A stretch of DNA of 64,000 nucleotides from an uncultured Acidimicrobiales bacterium (GCA_963842395.1 CAWJGJ010000001.1:2922889-2986888), one strand, 5' to 3'; counted from the stretch's first letter, positions 30,135-39,748 are shown. A program made the numbers and translations. The notes: generated by a model not told the origin, from the sequence alone.

Positions 30135-32971
30135 GGCTCACGACCCCCGGCGAGCGCCTGGGCGAGCGGCGACCGGCGGTTGGCCCGGGCGCGACGGCGC
30201 GCCTCGTCGGCGGGCGACGGGGAAGGCGAGGGAGCCACGCCGGCCTCCGCCGCGGGCAGGGTCACCGGCTCGACCGCGTCGGGACGCGGCTCCGGTGCGC
30301 TGCCGGCGACGGGCGCCCACTCTTCGGCCGGGGTCGGGTCCGGGTCCGCGTCCGGCTCGGCCACGTCCGGTGGGTGGTGCACAGGATCCGACGCGAACCC
30401 TGCCTCGGCGAGCGCCTCCAGCACCGGGCCGGCGACGAGCTCCGCTTCCACCTGGTCGCCCCGCAGCTCGGCCTGTTCGGGCTCGGGCAGTGCCAGCGGA
30501 CCGTCGGCGCCCAGTGCCGGCGTCGCCGACGGCGCGGTCTCGAACGCGGGCAGCACGGTGTCGAGCACCGGTGGCAGCACCCGGATGAGGCCGACCCGGT
30601 CCCGCACGTCCCGGTACAGGCACTGGCCGCTCCCCAGCTCCTGCTCGAGGACCGCGGCCGCGTCCGCGCTGTCCTCGATGCCGAGGAACTCGAGCGCCGC
30701 AGGGATCGCCTGCCGCGCCTGGCGGAACACGAAGCGCGAGCCGAGCAGGTCGGACAGCTCGCGCACCGCGAAGTCGTTCGGGTGCTGGCTGGCCAGCCAG
30801 ATCGCCCCGTTGTGCTTGCGCCCGTCGCGCACGCCCTCGATCAGGAGGCTCTGGCCGAACGGCGAGGCCAGCAGCGCCCACGCTTCGTCGTAGAGGGCGG
30901 CCGCGAAGCGGGAGGGGTCGCGGAAGACCACCTGCCGACCGACGGCCGCCACCAGGTACAGCAGCGCCTGGCCCATGACCTGCTCGGGCAGCATCATCCG
31001 GCTGCGGTGCTCGCTCGCCAGCGTCTCCCGGTCGGGAAGCGCCAGGTTCGGGGCCCAGAAGACGATGAAGTCCGCCTCCAACGAGAGCGGGTCGCCGCTG
31101 CCGAAGGCGAGCTGGCCGGTGGGCGACCGCCGGAAGTGGTTCAGCCGGCGGGCGAGGCCGCGCGCGGCGGCATCGTGGCGCGAGGGGTCGGTGCCCATGC
31201 GCTCGAGCTCCTCGACCACGAGCCCGAGCGACGGCTCCACCCGCTCCACCACGGTGTCGACCGCCTCGGCGAGGGCGGCACCCTCCTCGCTGTGGGGCGA
31301 GCACCCGGCGAGCAGGGACAGGAAGCCGAGAGCCACACGAGCGCGGTCGTCGCCGTAGAACGTGCGGAGAGGATCGAGGCACACCCCCGCACCGGCCTCG
31401 AGCCGGACCACCTGCGACTCCCCGGCGACCGCGCCGGCGAACGTCACGTACTCGCCGCTGGTGGTGCGGTCGATCGTCACGACCTGACCGCCCCGTGCCA
31501 CCGTGTCCCAGCACAGCCGCTTGAGCATGAACGACTTGCCCGAGCCCAGCCGTCCGACCGCGGCCAGCGAGGGACTGGCGTTCGCGCGGGGCCCGAACGC
31601 AGGGTCGAACAGCACCGGGGTGGCGCCCCCCGTGTCGAGCGAGAGGCCGAGCAGGAGCCCGGTCGGGTCCCCGACCGCGGGACCGCAGTAGGGAGCGCCC
31701 GCGGCCAGGTCGCGGGCCAACATGAACTGGGTGTAGTCCCGGGCGGCCGTGGGGACGGCCGACCCGGGCAGCATGGCGCGGAGCAACGCCGCCTGCCCGC
31801 CCGTCGGGCGGGCCAGGGCGTACTCGTGCGGCTCGAACATCGCCTGGAGGGCGCCGACCCGCTCCTCGAGGTCGGGCAGCGTCGGTGCTGCGACGGACAT
31901 GAGGATGGTGACCTGGAGCTCGGGCTCGCCGGGGTTCGAGCCGAGCTGCGTGCGCTCGTCGTCGATGGCCATGATCGCCTCGGCGAGCTGCGGGGGCGCG
32001 CCCGTGAGCTCGCCGTCGTACTCGTCGACCTGGCCGATCAGGTCACGGTGCTTGCGCCGCACCTTGATGCGGGCGTCGGCGTTGGGTACCGAGCGGACCC
32101 GGACGCACCAGTCGACGGGGAAGTCGACCTCGTCGACGTAGTAGAGCCACTCCCCGCCGCCACCCGGGAAGGCGAACACGTGCGGCATGTCGGCCAGCGC
32201 CAGGACCGTCTGGTAGGCGCTGCCGTTGGGACCGTCGATCCGCACGTACCGGCGGTGACGGGGACGGTCGGCGTCCTCCGCGTCGCCGCCCTCGCGCACG
32301 ACCGCGTCGGTCAGGTGGGCGAGGATGCCGAGCGTGTGCCTGCTGTCGCCTGCCGGTGCGGCGCCCTGGCGGCCGGGCTCCCAGTGGTCGTCCAGCGCCG
32401 GCTCGTCGATCTCGCGGCGCAGGGCGCGCGCGTACAGCCAGCACAGCTCGCCCGCGGTGACCTGCTCGAGGGCGATCTGCGAGCCGAGGCGCACCTCCAG
32501 CTCCCGGGCCGCGCGCAGGCAGCGGTCGATCTCGTTCGCCGGGGGCCGCCCGGGGGCGATGCCGAAGCCGGCTGCGACGTCGGCGGCGGCACCCCGTAGG
32601 AGGTGGCGCCAGGCACCGCGGCCCGACGGCAACTCCACGGCGAGGTAGTACTGGCGACGCCGGAGCGCCATCGTCGAGAGCCAGCCGGCGGTGGCGGCGC
32701 AGACATCCGCCCAGTGGTGCAGGGCGTCGACGTCGACCCCGTCGATCATCTGGCTGACCGTCTCCCAGGGGTCGAGCTCCTCGGTCACCGAGAACAACAT
32801 CGACTGCGAGGGGAGGCCGACCAGCAGGCCTCGCAGCCGCGAGTGCACCGCGAGCTTCTCGGCGACGGCGTTGTGGGCGTGCGCGAACGGGGTCACCCGC
32901 CACACGGCCCACACGCCACCGTCGGCCGACCACACGAGGTGGCCGGTGATGGCCCGCGCCGGCGGCCTCAT
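30131..32971 (-). CDS. VirB4/TrbE-like T4SS ATPase
   Basis: 946-aa ORF. Walker A GRLGSGKSF and Walker B AALYDEAW. Acidic Pro-rich C-terminal tail. The ATG overlaps the upstream stop (ATGA). Confidence 0.85.
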   Translation of the reverse strand: MRPPARAITGHLVWSADGGVWAVWRVTPFAHAHNAVAEKLAVHSRLRGLLVGLPSQSMLFSVTEELDPWETVSQMIDGVDVDALHHWADVCAATAGWLSTMALRRRQYYLAVELPSGRGAWRHLLRGAAADVAAGFGIAPGRPPANEIDRCLRAARELEVRLGSQIALEQVTAGELCWLYARALRREIDEPALDDHWEPGRQGAAPAGDSRHTLGILAHLTDAVVREGGDAEDADRPRHRRYVRIDGPNGSAYQTVLALADMPHVFAFPGGGGEWLYYVDEVDFPVDWCVRVRSVPNADARIKVRRKHRDLIGQVDEYDGELTGAPPQLAEAIMAIDDERTQLGSNPGEPELQVTILMSVAAPTLPDLEERVGALQAMFEPHEYALARPTGGQAALLRAMLPGSAVPTAARDYTQFMLARDLAAGAPYCGPAVGDPTGLLLGLSLDTGGATPVLFDPAFGPRANASPSLAAVGRLGSGKSFMLKRLCWDTVARGGQVVTIDRTTSGEYVTFAGAVAGESQVVRLEAGAGVCLDPLRTFYGDDRARVALGFLSLLAGCSPHSEEGAALAEAVDTVVERVEPSLGLVVEELERMGTDPSRHDAAARGLARRLNHFRRSPTGQLAFGSGDPLSLEADFIVFWAPNLALPDRETLASEHRSRMMLPEQVMGQALLYLVAAVGRQVVFRDPSRFAAALYDEAWALLASPFGQSLLIEGVRDGRKHNGAIWLASQHPNDFAVRELSDLLGSRFVFRQARQAIPAALEFLGIEDSADAAAVLEQELGSGQCLYRDVRDRVGLIRVLPPVLDTVLPAFETAPSATPALGADGPLALPEPEQAELRGDQVEAELVAGPVLEALAEAGFASDPVHHPPDVAEPDADPDPTPAEEWAPVAGSAPEPRPDAVEPVTLPAAEAGVAPSPSPSPADEARRRARANRRSPLAQALAGGREP

Positions 32972-33381
32972 GCCCCGTCGTCTCCGGTCGTGACGTACAC
33001 GCGGGACCAGCGGAGGTCAGCGGGCCGGGCCGGCCGGTAGGGCCGGCCGCCGATGGTCCCGGTCCGGGGCGTCATCGCGTAGGCGAGGTACCCGGCGGCC
33101 ACGCGGGGCAGGCTGCGCCCCTCGATCCGGGCGCTGCGCACCGCCCAGGCCAGGAGGCACGGGAGACCCACGGCGCCGAGGATCGCGACCGTCCCGGGCA
33201 GGACACCGCCCCACCACTGGTACGTGAAGGCCTCGAACACGAATGCCGACACGAGGACGACCACCTGCGGCAGGGAGAGCTGGAACGGGGGTGTCCAGCC
33301 GGCGATCTGGCCGATCACCATCGGATGGCGGCGAGCGTGCGTGTAGGTGGCGCACTGGATGTGGCTCGGGTGATCGTCCAT
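32968..33381 (-). CDS. small membrane protein, PrgI/VirB3-like
   Basis: 137-aa ORF with two TM helices after a short N-terminus. It lies immediately upstream of, and overlaps, virB4, the usual VirB3/PrgI position. Confidence 0.55.
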   Translation of the reverse strand: MDDHPSHIQCATYTHARRHPMVIGQIAGWTPPFQLSLPQVVVLVSAFVFEAFTYQWWGGVLPGTVAILGAVGLPCLLAWAVRSARIEGRSLPRVAAGYLAYAMTPRTGTIGGRPYRPARPADLRWSRVYVTTGDDGA

Positions 33382-33389
33382 GCCGCGGC

Positions 33390-33692
33390 TCAGTCCGGAT
33401 CCCAGGGCAGCAGCAGCCAGTCACTGTCGACACCCATGCGGTCCGGCACCCCGATGCGTGCGCCACCACCGCTCGACCCCCCGGGGATGTCCTCGTCGAC
33501 CTTGTCGGCGAGGAACCGGATGTGGCTGACACCCCACACGACCAGGGCGCCGACCAGCAGCGCGCCGATGGTCGGGGCCAACGACTTCGTCGTCACCCAC
33601 GTCCAGATGATGAACCAGATGGCGAGGATCACCATGGCCCCTATCAACAGGCCCTCGGCGTCCTTGGTCAGTCCCACGATGATGTCCTTCAT
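33390..33692 (-). CDS. small two-TM membrane protein (VirB2/TcpD-like position)
   Basis: 100 aa from ATG 33692 (MKDIIVGLTKDAEGLLIGAMVILAIWFIIW...) with GGAGAA upstream. The ORF track extends to 33803, but that N-terminus is Arg-rich and overlaps the upstream gene. Confidence 0.5.
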   Translation of the reverse strand: MKDIIVGLTKDAEGLLIGAMVILAIWFIIWTWVTTKSLAPTIGALLVGALVVWGVSHIRFLADKVDEDIPGGSSGGGARIGVPDRMGVDSDWLLLPWDPD

Positions 33693-33789
33693 GGCATCTC
33701 GTTCTCCGTCGTCGACACGTGCTTTCAGCCGTCCAATCCGCGACCGCTGCGGGGAAAGCGCACCCGGCGCCGGCTCTTCGCCCCGGACC

Positions 33790-34827
33790 TCATGACGCCC
33801 CATCGGCGGCGTGCTCGACCGCCGGCGCGCCGCTCAGGCCCGACACCTCCCACCTGTCCTCGCGGAGCACGAGGGTGATCTGGTAGCGGACGCTGTGGGG
33901 GATCCCGGCCGCGGTCGTCCCGGTCGCCCAGACGTGGGCGCGGGTCGTGGTCTGGTCGACGCTGGTCGCCTCGACCGTGTCGATCTCGAGCTCGGCGAAC
34001 ACCGGGGAGGCCGGCGCCGGCATGTCGAAACCCGGCGCGAGGTAGCGGCCAGGGTCCCCGCCGCCGGCCAGCATCGCCCGCAGGAACCCGTCGATCGTGA
34101 GGGCGACGGGATCCTCGTCCTCGAGCCTGGTGACCGACGACTCGATCTCCCACCCGTCCGGCACGGGTGGTCCCGCCGGAAGGACCGCCGGGGCGGTCAC
34201 GGCGGCGAGCGACTGCTCCGGGTCACCGACGACGCCGAGCTCGAGGTACCACGTCGTCGCGCCGCGGGACGGCGCGCCCTCCTCGGCATCGGCGCCCCGG
34301 GGGGCGGCGGCGTTCGCCGGCGCCTCCTGGTCGCCGCCGGGTGAGGCCGCTCCTTCCCCGGAGTCGTCGACAGGTGGTTCCACCACCTCTGCCGCCAGGG
34401 TGAGGCTCCAGTAGCCGGGACCGAGCTCGCTGCCGGACACGACCACCACCCGCCCGACGGCCAGCCTCTGGTCGGCAGCGCGCTCGATGGGAGGCGGATC
34501 GATGAAGAGGTCCTCGAGGCCGGCGCTGTCGTCCTCGGTGGCCGCCAGCCAGGCGGTGGCCGCCCGCTCGGCCGTGCCGGCGACCGCCGCGGGCACGACG
34601 GGAACCGGCGCGTCCTGTGCCGGCGGCAGCGGCTCCGGGGCGGTCCGACCTGCGAGCCCGGCGACGCCGCCGACGAAGCCGACGGCGACGGCCGTCCACA
34701 ACCCGACGCGGGCGGCCAGCAGCGCCGCGGGCCGGGCACGGACCGCGGCATAGCGCTCGATCTCATCGAAGCCGACGGGGGCCTCGGTCTCCTCGGACGT
34801 GGTGCTCCACACGCCCGGTGGATGCAC
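33790..34827 (-). CDS. TcpC/VirB8-like conjugal-transfer-type protein (N-terminal TM helix plus periplasmic-side domains)
   Basis: 345-aa ORF with a single TM helix (LWTAVAVGFVGGVAGLA). The C-terminal segment ...RAHVWATGTTAAGIPHSVRYQITLVLREDRWEVSGL looks NTF2-like. The call rests on architecture and context. Confidence 0.5.
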   Translation of the reverse strand: MHPPGVWSTTSEETEAPVGFDEIERYAAVRARPAALLAARVGLWTAVAVGFVGGVAGLAGRTAPEPLPPAQDAPVPVVPAAVAGTAERAATAWLAATEDDSAGLEDLFIDPPPIERAADQRLAVGRVVVVSGSELGPGYWSLTLAAEVVEPPVDDSGEGAASPGGDQEAPANAAAPRGADAEEGAPSRGATTWYLELGVVGDPEQSLAAVTAPAVLPAGPPVPDGWEIESSVTRLEDEDPVALTIDGFLRAMLAGGGDPGRYLAPGFDMPAPASPVFAELEIDTVEATSVDQTTTRAHVWATGTTAAGIPHSVRYQITLVLREDRWEVSGLSGAPAVEHAADGAS

Positions 34828-34896
34828 ATGGTCGTCCCCGAATGCGCAGCCCGAGGCTCCCTCCTCCCCCGGCCCGGGGGAATCCGGCGGGGGTGA

Positions 34897-36249
34897 TCAC
34901 GCGCCGAGGCCGCGGCGGCGGACGACGGCGCGGGTGCCCGTCAGCTCCTCGAGCAGCTCGATGGTCTCGGGGTGCACCGTGTCCTCGGGTTCGACGCCGA
35001 TGTCCGGGTCGGCGAGCACATCGCACAGCTCGCGGAAGGCTCGCTGCACGCCCGGGATGTTGCCGGCGGCCTGCGCGGTGCGCATGAGGAGGCGGTACAT
35101 GCGCTCGTCGCTCGGGAACACCCGCAGCCCCTGGCGGGCCGCCCACTCGGCCGCCCGCCAGTCGCCGACCGCCAGCCGCACCTCCGCCAACTCCTCGGCG
35201 GCGTCGACGACCTGGGCCACGATCATGCCCCGGTGGGGCCCGACCCACGCGTAGTTGCGTCCCACCCCGATGAAGGGCTCGCCCCGCACCAGGCTCAACG
35301 CGTCGGTGAGGAGCAGCGCCGCTTCCTCGGCATCCGCCGTCTCGTCCGCGGTCGCGACCAGCTCGCAGAACACCCCGTAGTCGGTGAGCACCGCCGGAGA
35401 CAGCTCGTAGCGGCCGCCCTCGGGCGGCGGGAACAGCGCCTCCCCCACCAGGGCGCGGGCCTCGGTGACGGTGTTGCGGAACGTCTTGGTGGCGTTGGCG
35501 CCGTCGGGGTACAGGCTGATCTCGAGGTCCTCGCGGTCGACCGCCGACTCGCGCAGCGCCAGGTAGGCGATGGCCTCCAGCGCCCGCTGGCGGACGGGCT
35601 TCAGCCGCTCGGAGGGGCGAGCCGGTCGGCCGGCCATGCGCATGGCATCGACCTCGCCGAGCACCCGCACGAGGACCTCGACCTCGTTCATGAGCTCGTC
35701 CAGCCGACGGGCGGCCGGGGGGTCCTCCGTCGGGGCGGTGCCAGGTGGGGGCGCCTCGGGCGTGTGCGGCACCAGCACCGGGGCGTCGGGTGGGTCGCCC
35801 ACCAGGGGCGGCTCCGGCGGCTGCAGACCTGCCGCGGGTGGCGCGGGTCGCTCGGGGGCGGGCGGGGCCGAGGCGGGAGCCGGCGGGGTGGGCGGGGGCG
35901 GCGGTGGCCGGCGAGGCGACGGAACGCCCGCCACGGCCGCGGCGACGTCGCCGTGCGTGCCGTCCAGCAGGTCGATCACCGCTCGGAGGTCGTCGGCCCC
36001 CAGGCAGCGGGGGCGAACCACTTCGTCCACGCCGTCGACCTCGAGCCACCCGTGGCCCCCGATGGTCAGCCGTCGGCCGGACTCGACGGCGTCGGCGCCG
36101 ACGACGACCACGCCGACCGCGCCCATCGGGCGGGCGGCGACGTCCTCGGCCCGGCGCCGCTCAAGCGGCCCCCTGGGCGAGATGGCGGCCACCACCATCA
36201 TCGGGTCCCATTGCTCGGGCGTCACGCCCACCGCCCGGGCCTGCGCCAA
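34897..36249 (-). CDS. SARP/AfsR-type regulator module (winged helix + BTAD); possibly the C-terminal part of the upstream LysM protein
   Basis: 450 aa from TTG 36249. Pro-rich linker, OmpR-type wHTH (VEVLVRVLGEVDAMRMAGRP...RALEAIAYLALRE) and BTAD (ALSLVRGEPF...DWRAAEWAARQGLRVFPSDERMYRLLMRTAQAAGN). The frame stays open and protein-like for 31 codons upstream of the TTG. Confidence 0.75.
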   Translation of the reverse strand: MAQARAVGVTPEQWDPMMVVAAISPRGPLERRRAEDVAARPMGAVGVVVVGADAVESGRRLTIGGHGWLEVDGVDEVVRPRCLGADDLRAVIDLLDGTHGDVAAAVAGVPSPRRPPPPPPTPPAPASAPPAPERPAPPAAGLQPPEPPLVGDPPDAPVLVPHTPEAPPPGTAPTEDPPAARRLDELMNEVEVLVRVLGEVDAMRMAGRPARPSERLKPVRQRALEAIAYLALRESAVDREDLEISLYPDGANATKTFRNTVTEARALVGEALFPPPEGGRYELSPAVLTDYGVFCELVATADETADAEEAALLLTDALSLVRGEPFIGVGRNYAWVGPHRGMIVAQVVDAAEELAEVRLAVGDWRAAEWAARQGLRVFPSDERMYRLLMRTAQAAGNIPGVQRAFRELCDVLADPDIGVEPEDTVHPETIELLEELTGTRAVVRRRGLGA

Positions 36250-36319
36250 TGTGGGACAACCGAGCGAGCGGAGGGCCTGCTCGGTGCGATCGGCGTGCTG
36301 CTCGGCCAGAGCCAGCGCC

Positions 36320-38395
36320 TCACCGACGCTGGCCGTCGACCGTCACGCCGGGCAGCCGACCGACCTCGGGCTCCAGACCCACCGTCACGACCCGTGGCTG
36401 ATCGCTCCAGGCGGCCGTCGAGGCCGCCACGACGAACGACCGGAGCAGCCCGAGCGCGTCGTCGGCATCGGCCCCGACGGCGACGATCCCGCTCGCCTCG
36501 AGCTCGATGAGCAGCTCGCTGCCGTCGTCGGTGGCGCCGAGCGGGACGAGGCTGGGTGCCGGCGGTGCCGCTCTGGTGGCGAGGTGGGCGAGCTCGTCGT
36601 AGCCGGCGGCCGTCACCCACCGGTCGGGTGCCACGGCCGTGAACCCCGGCGCCGGCGGCGACGGCTCGGCCAGCACGAGGACCACCCCGTCTGACGACGC
36701 CTCCACCCACCGGAGCGGCGGCATCCCGGTCGCTCCCGAGCCCGCCGCGGCGGTGCGGAGGCTGACGTCGAGCAGGCGGGCGGCGTCGACGTCGGCGCCC
36801 CAGCGGAGGTGGTGCTCGGCAGTGCGCAGCGGCGGGGCGGGGAACGGCAGGACCCGGCCGCGGCGACGGTGCCTCTGTTGGGCGCGGCGGCGGCGGTCGA
36901 GCAGCACGAGCGCACCGGCCACCGCGACGCCGCCGCCGACCAGCCCCACGGTCGTCGGGGCCGGCCCGTCGTCCTCGTCCTCGGCCGGGGCGGTGGCCGC
37001 GACGCTGCCGCCCACGATGACGGGTCCGGCTCCACCGGAGCCGCTGCTCGCCGGTGCAGTGACGGAGGACGCCGTCGTGTCCGGCACGGTTCCCGGCGAC
37101 TGCGTGTCAGGCGGCGCGGTGACCGACGGCGTCGTCGTCGCCGGCGTCGTCGGCGTAGTCCCCTCGGGCACGTCCACCACCGGGGGCGTAGTCCCCTCGG
37201 GCACGTCCACCACCGGGGGCGTACCCCCCTCCGGCACCTCCACCACCGGCGCCGTCCCCTCCGGCACCGTCTCGCCGACGTCCCCCGGCAGACTCCCGCC
37301 GGGTGAGCCGGCCTCGGGCTGCTCCGTTGCGGGAGCGCCGCCACCCTCGCTCGGCCCGGCGCCCCCGTCGGGAACCTCGCCGGTGGCCGGCGCCTCGCCC
37401 GCCGTCTCGCCCGCGTCCGGCGGTGCGAGGGGATCGGCGGACAGGGCCGGCCCGACCATCACCTGGCCGGGGTAGATCAGGTCGGGATCGCCCGGCGGGG
37501 CCAGGCGGTCGAGGTTGGCCTCGACCATCACCTGCCACGGGCCGACGACCTCGGCGTCGCTCGCCTCGCGGCCCCACGCCGTCTCCAGCCGCGCCTCCGT
37601 GAGGTCCCAGAGGTTGTCGCCCCCGGCGACCGTGACCTCGGTGGGGAGGGACAGCACCCAACCGGGGCGCAGCGGGGCGTCCGGAGAGGTCCACGTCCCG
37701 CCGTCGGGCTGGAGCCTCCCCTGGTTGACATCCCACACCTCTCGCCAGCGGGTGCCGTCGCCGAGGTGCGCCTGCGCCAGCGACCAGGGCGTGTCGCCGC
37801 GGCCCACGGTGACGGTGCCCGGCGCCAAAGGGTCGGGCGCTCCCGTGGCCGCGGCCGCCGCGAGCGGGTCGCCGGCCAGCGAGGACGCCGGCGGCCCGAA
37901 CGTGCCGTCGGCCATGTCCGGCGCAGCGGCGACCGCGGGAGCCGGCGCCGCCGCGACCGGCTGCGGCGGGCTCGACGCGGGCGACGCCAGGGCCGAGCCG
38001 GGACCCGCCAGCGGGCCGATGCTCAGCACCAGCGAGCTGACCAGATAGCGTGCCGCGCTGCCCAGTGGACCGAGACGCACGCCGGAGACCCGGCCGCGGA
38101 CCTGGGCCACGGCCTCGAGCACCACGCTGAGCACGAACCCGGCCCACGCCGCCCACAGGGCGAGCGTCACCACCGCCAGGATGGCATCGTCCCTGGCCAG
38201 CGTGGTCGGCAGATCCCGCACCTGCTCCCAGGTGGGCAGGCCGGTGATCGGCCACGTGCCCCACCGCAGCAGCACCAGCGGCACGGCGACGATCAGCGCC
38301 AGCAGCGCGACGAGCGCCGCCAGCGCCCGGACCAGGCGGCGGGCGGCGTCGAGCGGCCCGGATCGCGGCAGAGGGTGGGGCAGGGGCCGGTTCAT
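36320..38395 (-). CDS. LysM-domain membrane protein
   Basis: 691 aa from ATG 38395, which overlaps the upstream stop in an ATGA arrangement. N-terminal TM helices, two LysM-like modules (VTVGRGDTPWSLAQAHLGDGTRWREVW...; VTVAGGDNLWDLTE...), Pro/Thr-rich repeat linker, a further TM helix and a cytoplasmic C-terminal domain. Confidence 0.75.
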   Translation of the reverse strand: MNRPLPHPLPRSGPLDAARRLVRALAALVALLALIVAVPLVLLRWGTWPITGLPTWEQVRDLPTTLARDDAILAVVTLALWAAWAGFVLSVVLEAVAQVRGRVSGVRLGPLGSAARYLVSSLVLSIGPLAGPGSALASPASSPPQPVAAAPAPAVAAAPDMADGTFGPPASSLAGDPLAAAAATGAPDPLAPGTVTVGRGDTPWSLAQAHLGDGTRWREVWDVNQGRLQPDGGTWTSPDAPLRPGWVLSLPTEVTVAGGDNLWDLTEARLETAWGREASDAEVVGPWQVMVEANLDRLAPPGDPDLIYPGQVMVGPALSADPLAPPDAGETAGEAPATGEVPDGGAGPSEGGGAPATEQPEAGSPGGSLPGDVGETVPEGTAPVVEVPEGGTPPVVDVPEGTTPPVVDVPEGTTPTTPATTTPSVTAPPDTQSPGTVPDTTASSVTAPASSGSGGAGPVIVGGSVAATAPAEDEDDGPAPTTVGLVGGGVAVAGALVLLDRRRRAQQRHRRRGRVLPFPAPPLRTAEHHLRWGADVDAARLLDVSLRTAAAGSGATGMPPLRWVEASSDGVVLVLAEPSPPAPGFTAVAPDRWVTAAGYDELAHLATRAAPPAPSLVPLGATDDGSELLIELEASGIVAVGADADDALGLLRSFVVAASTAAWSDQPRVVTVGLEPEVGRLPGVTVDGQRR
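37155..37290 (-). repeat. 33-nt in-frame tandem repeat (about 4 units) in the LysM protein linker
   Basis: Units start at 37155, 37188, 37221 and 37254. They encode PVVEVPEGGTP / PVVDVPEGTTP units. Confidence 0.85.
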
Positions 38396-38853
38396 GGCGT
38401 GCCGTCCCCCTGCACCGCGCGGGCGGAGGCCGACACGGCGTAGCCCACCGAGCCCGGTGCCACGAGGATGCGCAGGTCGGTCTCGCCGCTGACCGACACG
38501 GTGACCTCGTCGAGCGCCTCGTCCACCACGGCACTGCCGCTGTACCCCAACGCGCTCAGGTGGGCCTCGGCCGCCCGCCGGGCGGCGTCCGGGTCGAGCC
38601 GCAGCTCTCCCTGCACGGCCGCCGTCTGGTCGATCTCCTGCACCCCGGCCCTGGCGGCAGAGGCGGCCGCGCCGAAGGCGTCGCTGCGCTCCCGGAGCGC
38701 CCGCCCGCCGTCGAACACCAGCCCGACCGTCCCCCAGCACGCGACCGCCACGGCCACCGTCCAGGCACTCGCGAAGCCCGCGTCACGGCACCCTGCGCCC
38801 CGGCGGGTCGGGGACGGCACGGGGTCGCGCGTGCGCTCGGACCGCCCGGTCAC
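38392..38853 (-). CDS. TadG-like / TadE-family pilus assembly protein (pseudopilin-like)
   Basis: 153 aa from GTG 38853 (GTGA overlap with the upstream stop). N-terminal hydrophobic segment AGFASAWTVAVAVACWGTVGLVFDGG. Confidence 0.65.
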   Translation of the reverse strand: MTGRSERTRDPVPSPTRRGAGCRDAGFASAWTVAVAVACWGTVGLVFDGGRALRERSDAFGAAASAARAGVQEIDQTAAVQGELRLDPDAARRAAEAHLSALGYSGSAVVDEALDEVTVSVSGETDLRILVAPGSVGYAVSASARAVQGDGTP

Positions 38854-39368
38854 GGCGCCTCGTCCTCGCGGTAGCGGTCGATGACCTCGACCGCCGACGC
38901 CGACACGGTCATCGTGCCCGGCAGGGCCAGCAGCGTCAGCTCGGAGAGATCGACCTCGCAGGTGATCTCGACGGTCACCGTCGCCGGGTCGGCCGCGACG
39001 TCGATGACCGGCTCGGCGAAGTCCATCGTCACGCACATGGGCGACCCGGCCTCGGCGATCGCGGCCGCCTGGGTCTCCGCGGCCCCGGCCTCGGCGGCCG
39101 GGTCGCGGGCGAGGCTGATGGTCCGGGCCGCCGTGCGCGCCGCGGCCTCCACGTGGGCCGAGCCCACGGTCATCCGCCCGGCGAACACCACGGCAGCGAT
39201 GAAGGCCATGAAGACGCCGATGAGCGCCACCAGCTCGGCGATGGCGGTCCCCCGGTCGCCGCGGCCCTGCGGGCGGCGGTGGAGCCGGAGACGGCGCCGC
39301 AGGCGGCGCAGGCGACGCACGCGGCCGAGGCGGCGCAGAGACCTGCCGGCGGCATCCCGGGGCGTCAC
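38850..39368 (-). CDS. TadE-like pilus assembly protein
   Basis: 172 aa from GTG 39368 (GTGA overlap). Has the DRGTAIAELVALIGVFMAFIAAVVF TadE-type N-terminal segment. Confidence 0.75.
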   Translation of the reverse strand: MTPRDAAGRSLRRLGRVRRLRRLRRRLRLHRRPQGRGDRGTAIAELVALIGVFMAFIAAVVFAGRMTVGSAHVEAAARTAARTISLARDPAAEAGAAETQAAAIAEAGSPMCVTMDFAEPVIDVAADPATVTVEITCEVDLSELTLLALPGTMTVSASAVEVIDRYREDEAP

Positions 39369-39691
39369 TCGACCACCCGCTCGACCGGCGCGGACAGGGT
39401 CACGTGCACCGGGACGTCGAAGAACGGCACGACCGTCGCCACGTGGCCGTCCAGGCTGATGGTGGCGGTCACGGCCGTGCGCTGGACGTCGATGCCCTCG
39501 GCGGCGAAGCCGCCGGTCTGGACCAGGAACTCGCCGGCCATCGCCTCGCCGGCCGCCTCGCTGCCGCCCTCGACCCGCGCCGCGTCGAGCCCGTGCTGCG
39601 CGGCGGCGGTGGCCACGGCGCGGCCGTAGTACCACAGGCTGATCTGCACGACCGTGAACAGCACGGTCATGAGCAGGGGCACCACCGCCAC
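39365..39691 (-). CDS. TadE-like pilus assembly protein (start uncertain)
   Basis: 108 aa from the first available start, GTG 39691. The TadE-type N-terminal motif (KGDRGAIAASVAVVPLLMTVLF) begins upstream of that GTG, in frame with the flp stop codon. Confidence 0.65.
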   Translation of the reverse strand: MAVVPLLMTVLFTVVQISLWYYGRAVATAAAQHGLDAARVEGGSEAAGEAMAGEFLVQTGGFAAEGIDVQRTAVTATISLDGHVATVVPFFDVPVHVTLSAPVERVVE

Positions 39692-39748
39692 GCTGGCGGC
39701 GATGGCCCCGCGGTCACCCTTGGCGCGGGGGCGGGCACGGCGGTGCCG

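Noticed and set aside
27096-32599. Very long plus-strand ORFs (27096..30893, 1265 aa; 30077..32599, 840 aa) across the T4SS region.
   Set aside because: They are antisense to the VirB6-like and VirB4 genes, have low-complexity Arg/Gly/Pro composition, and carry no domains. The minus-strand frames carry Walker motifs and TM helices.
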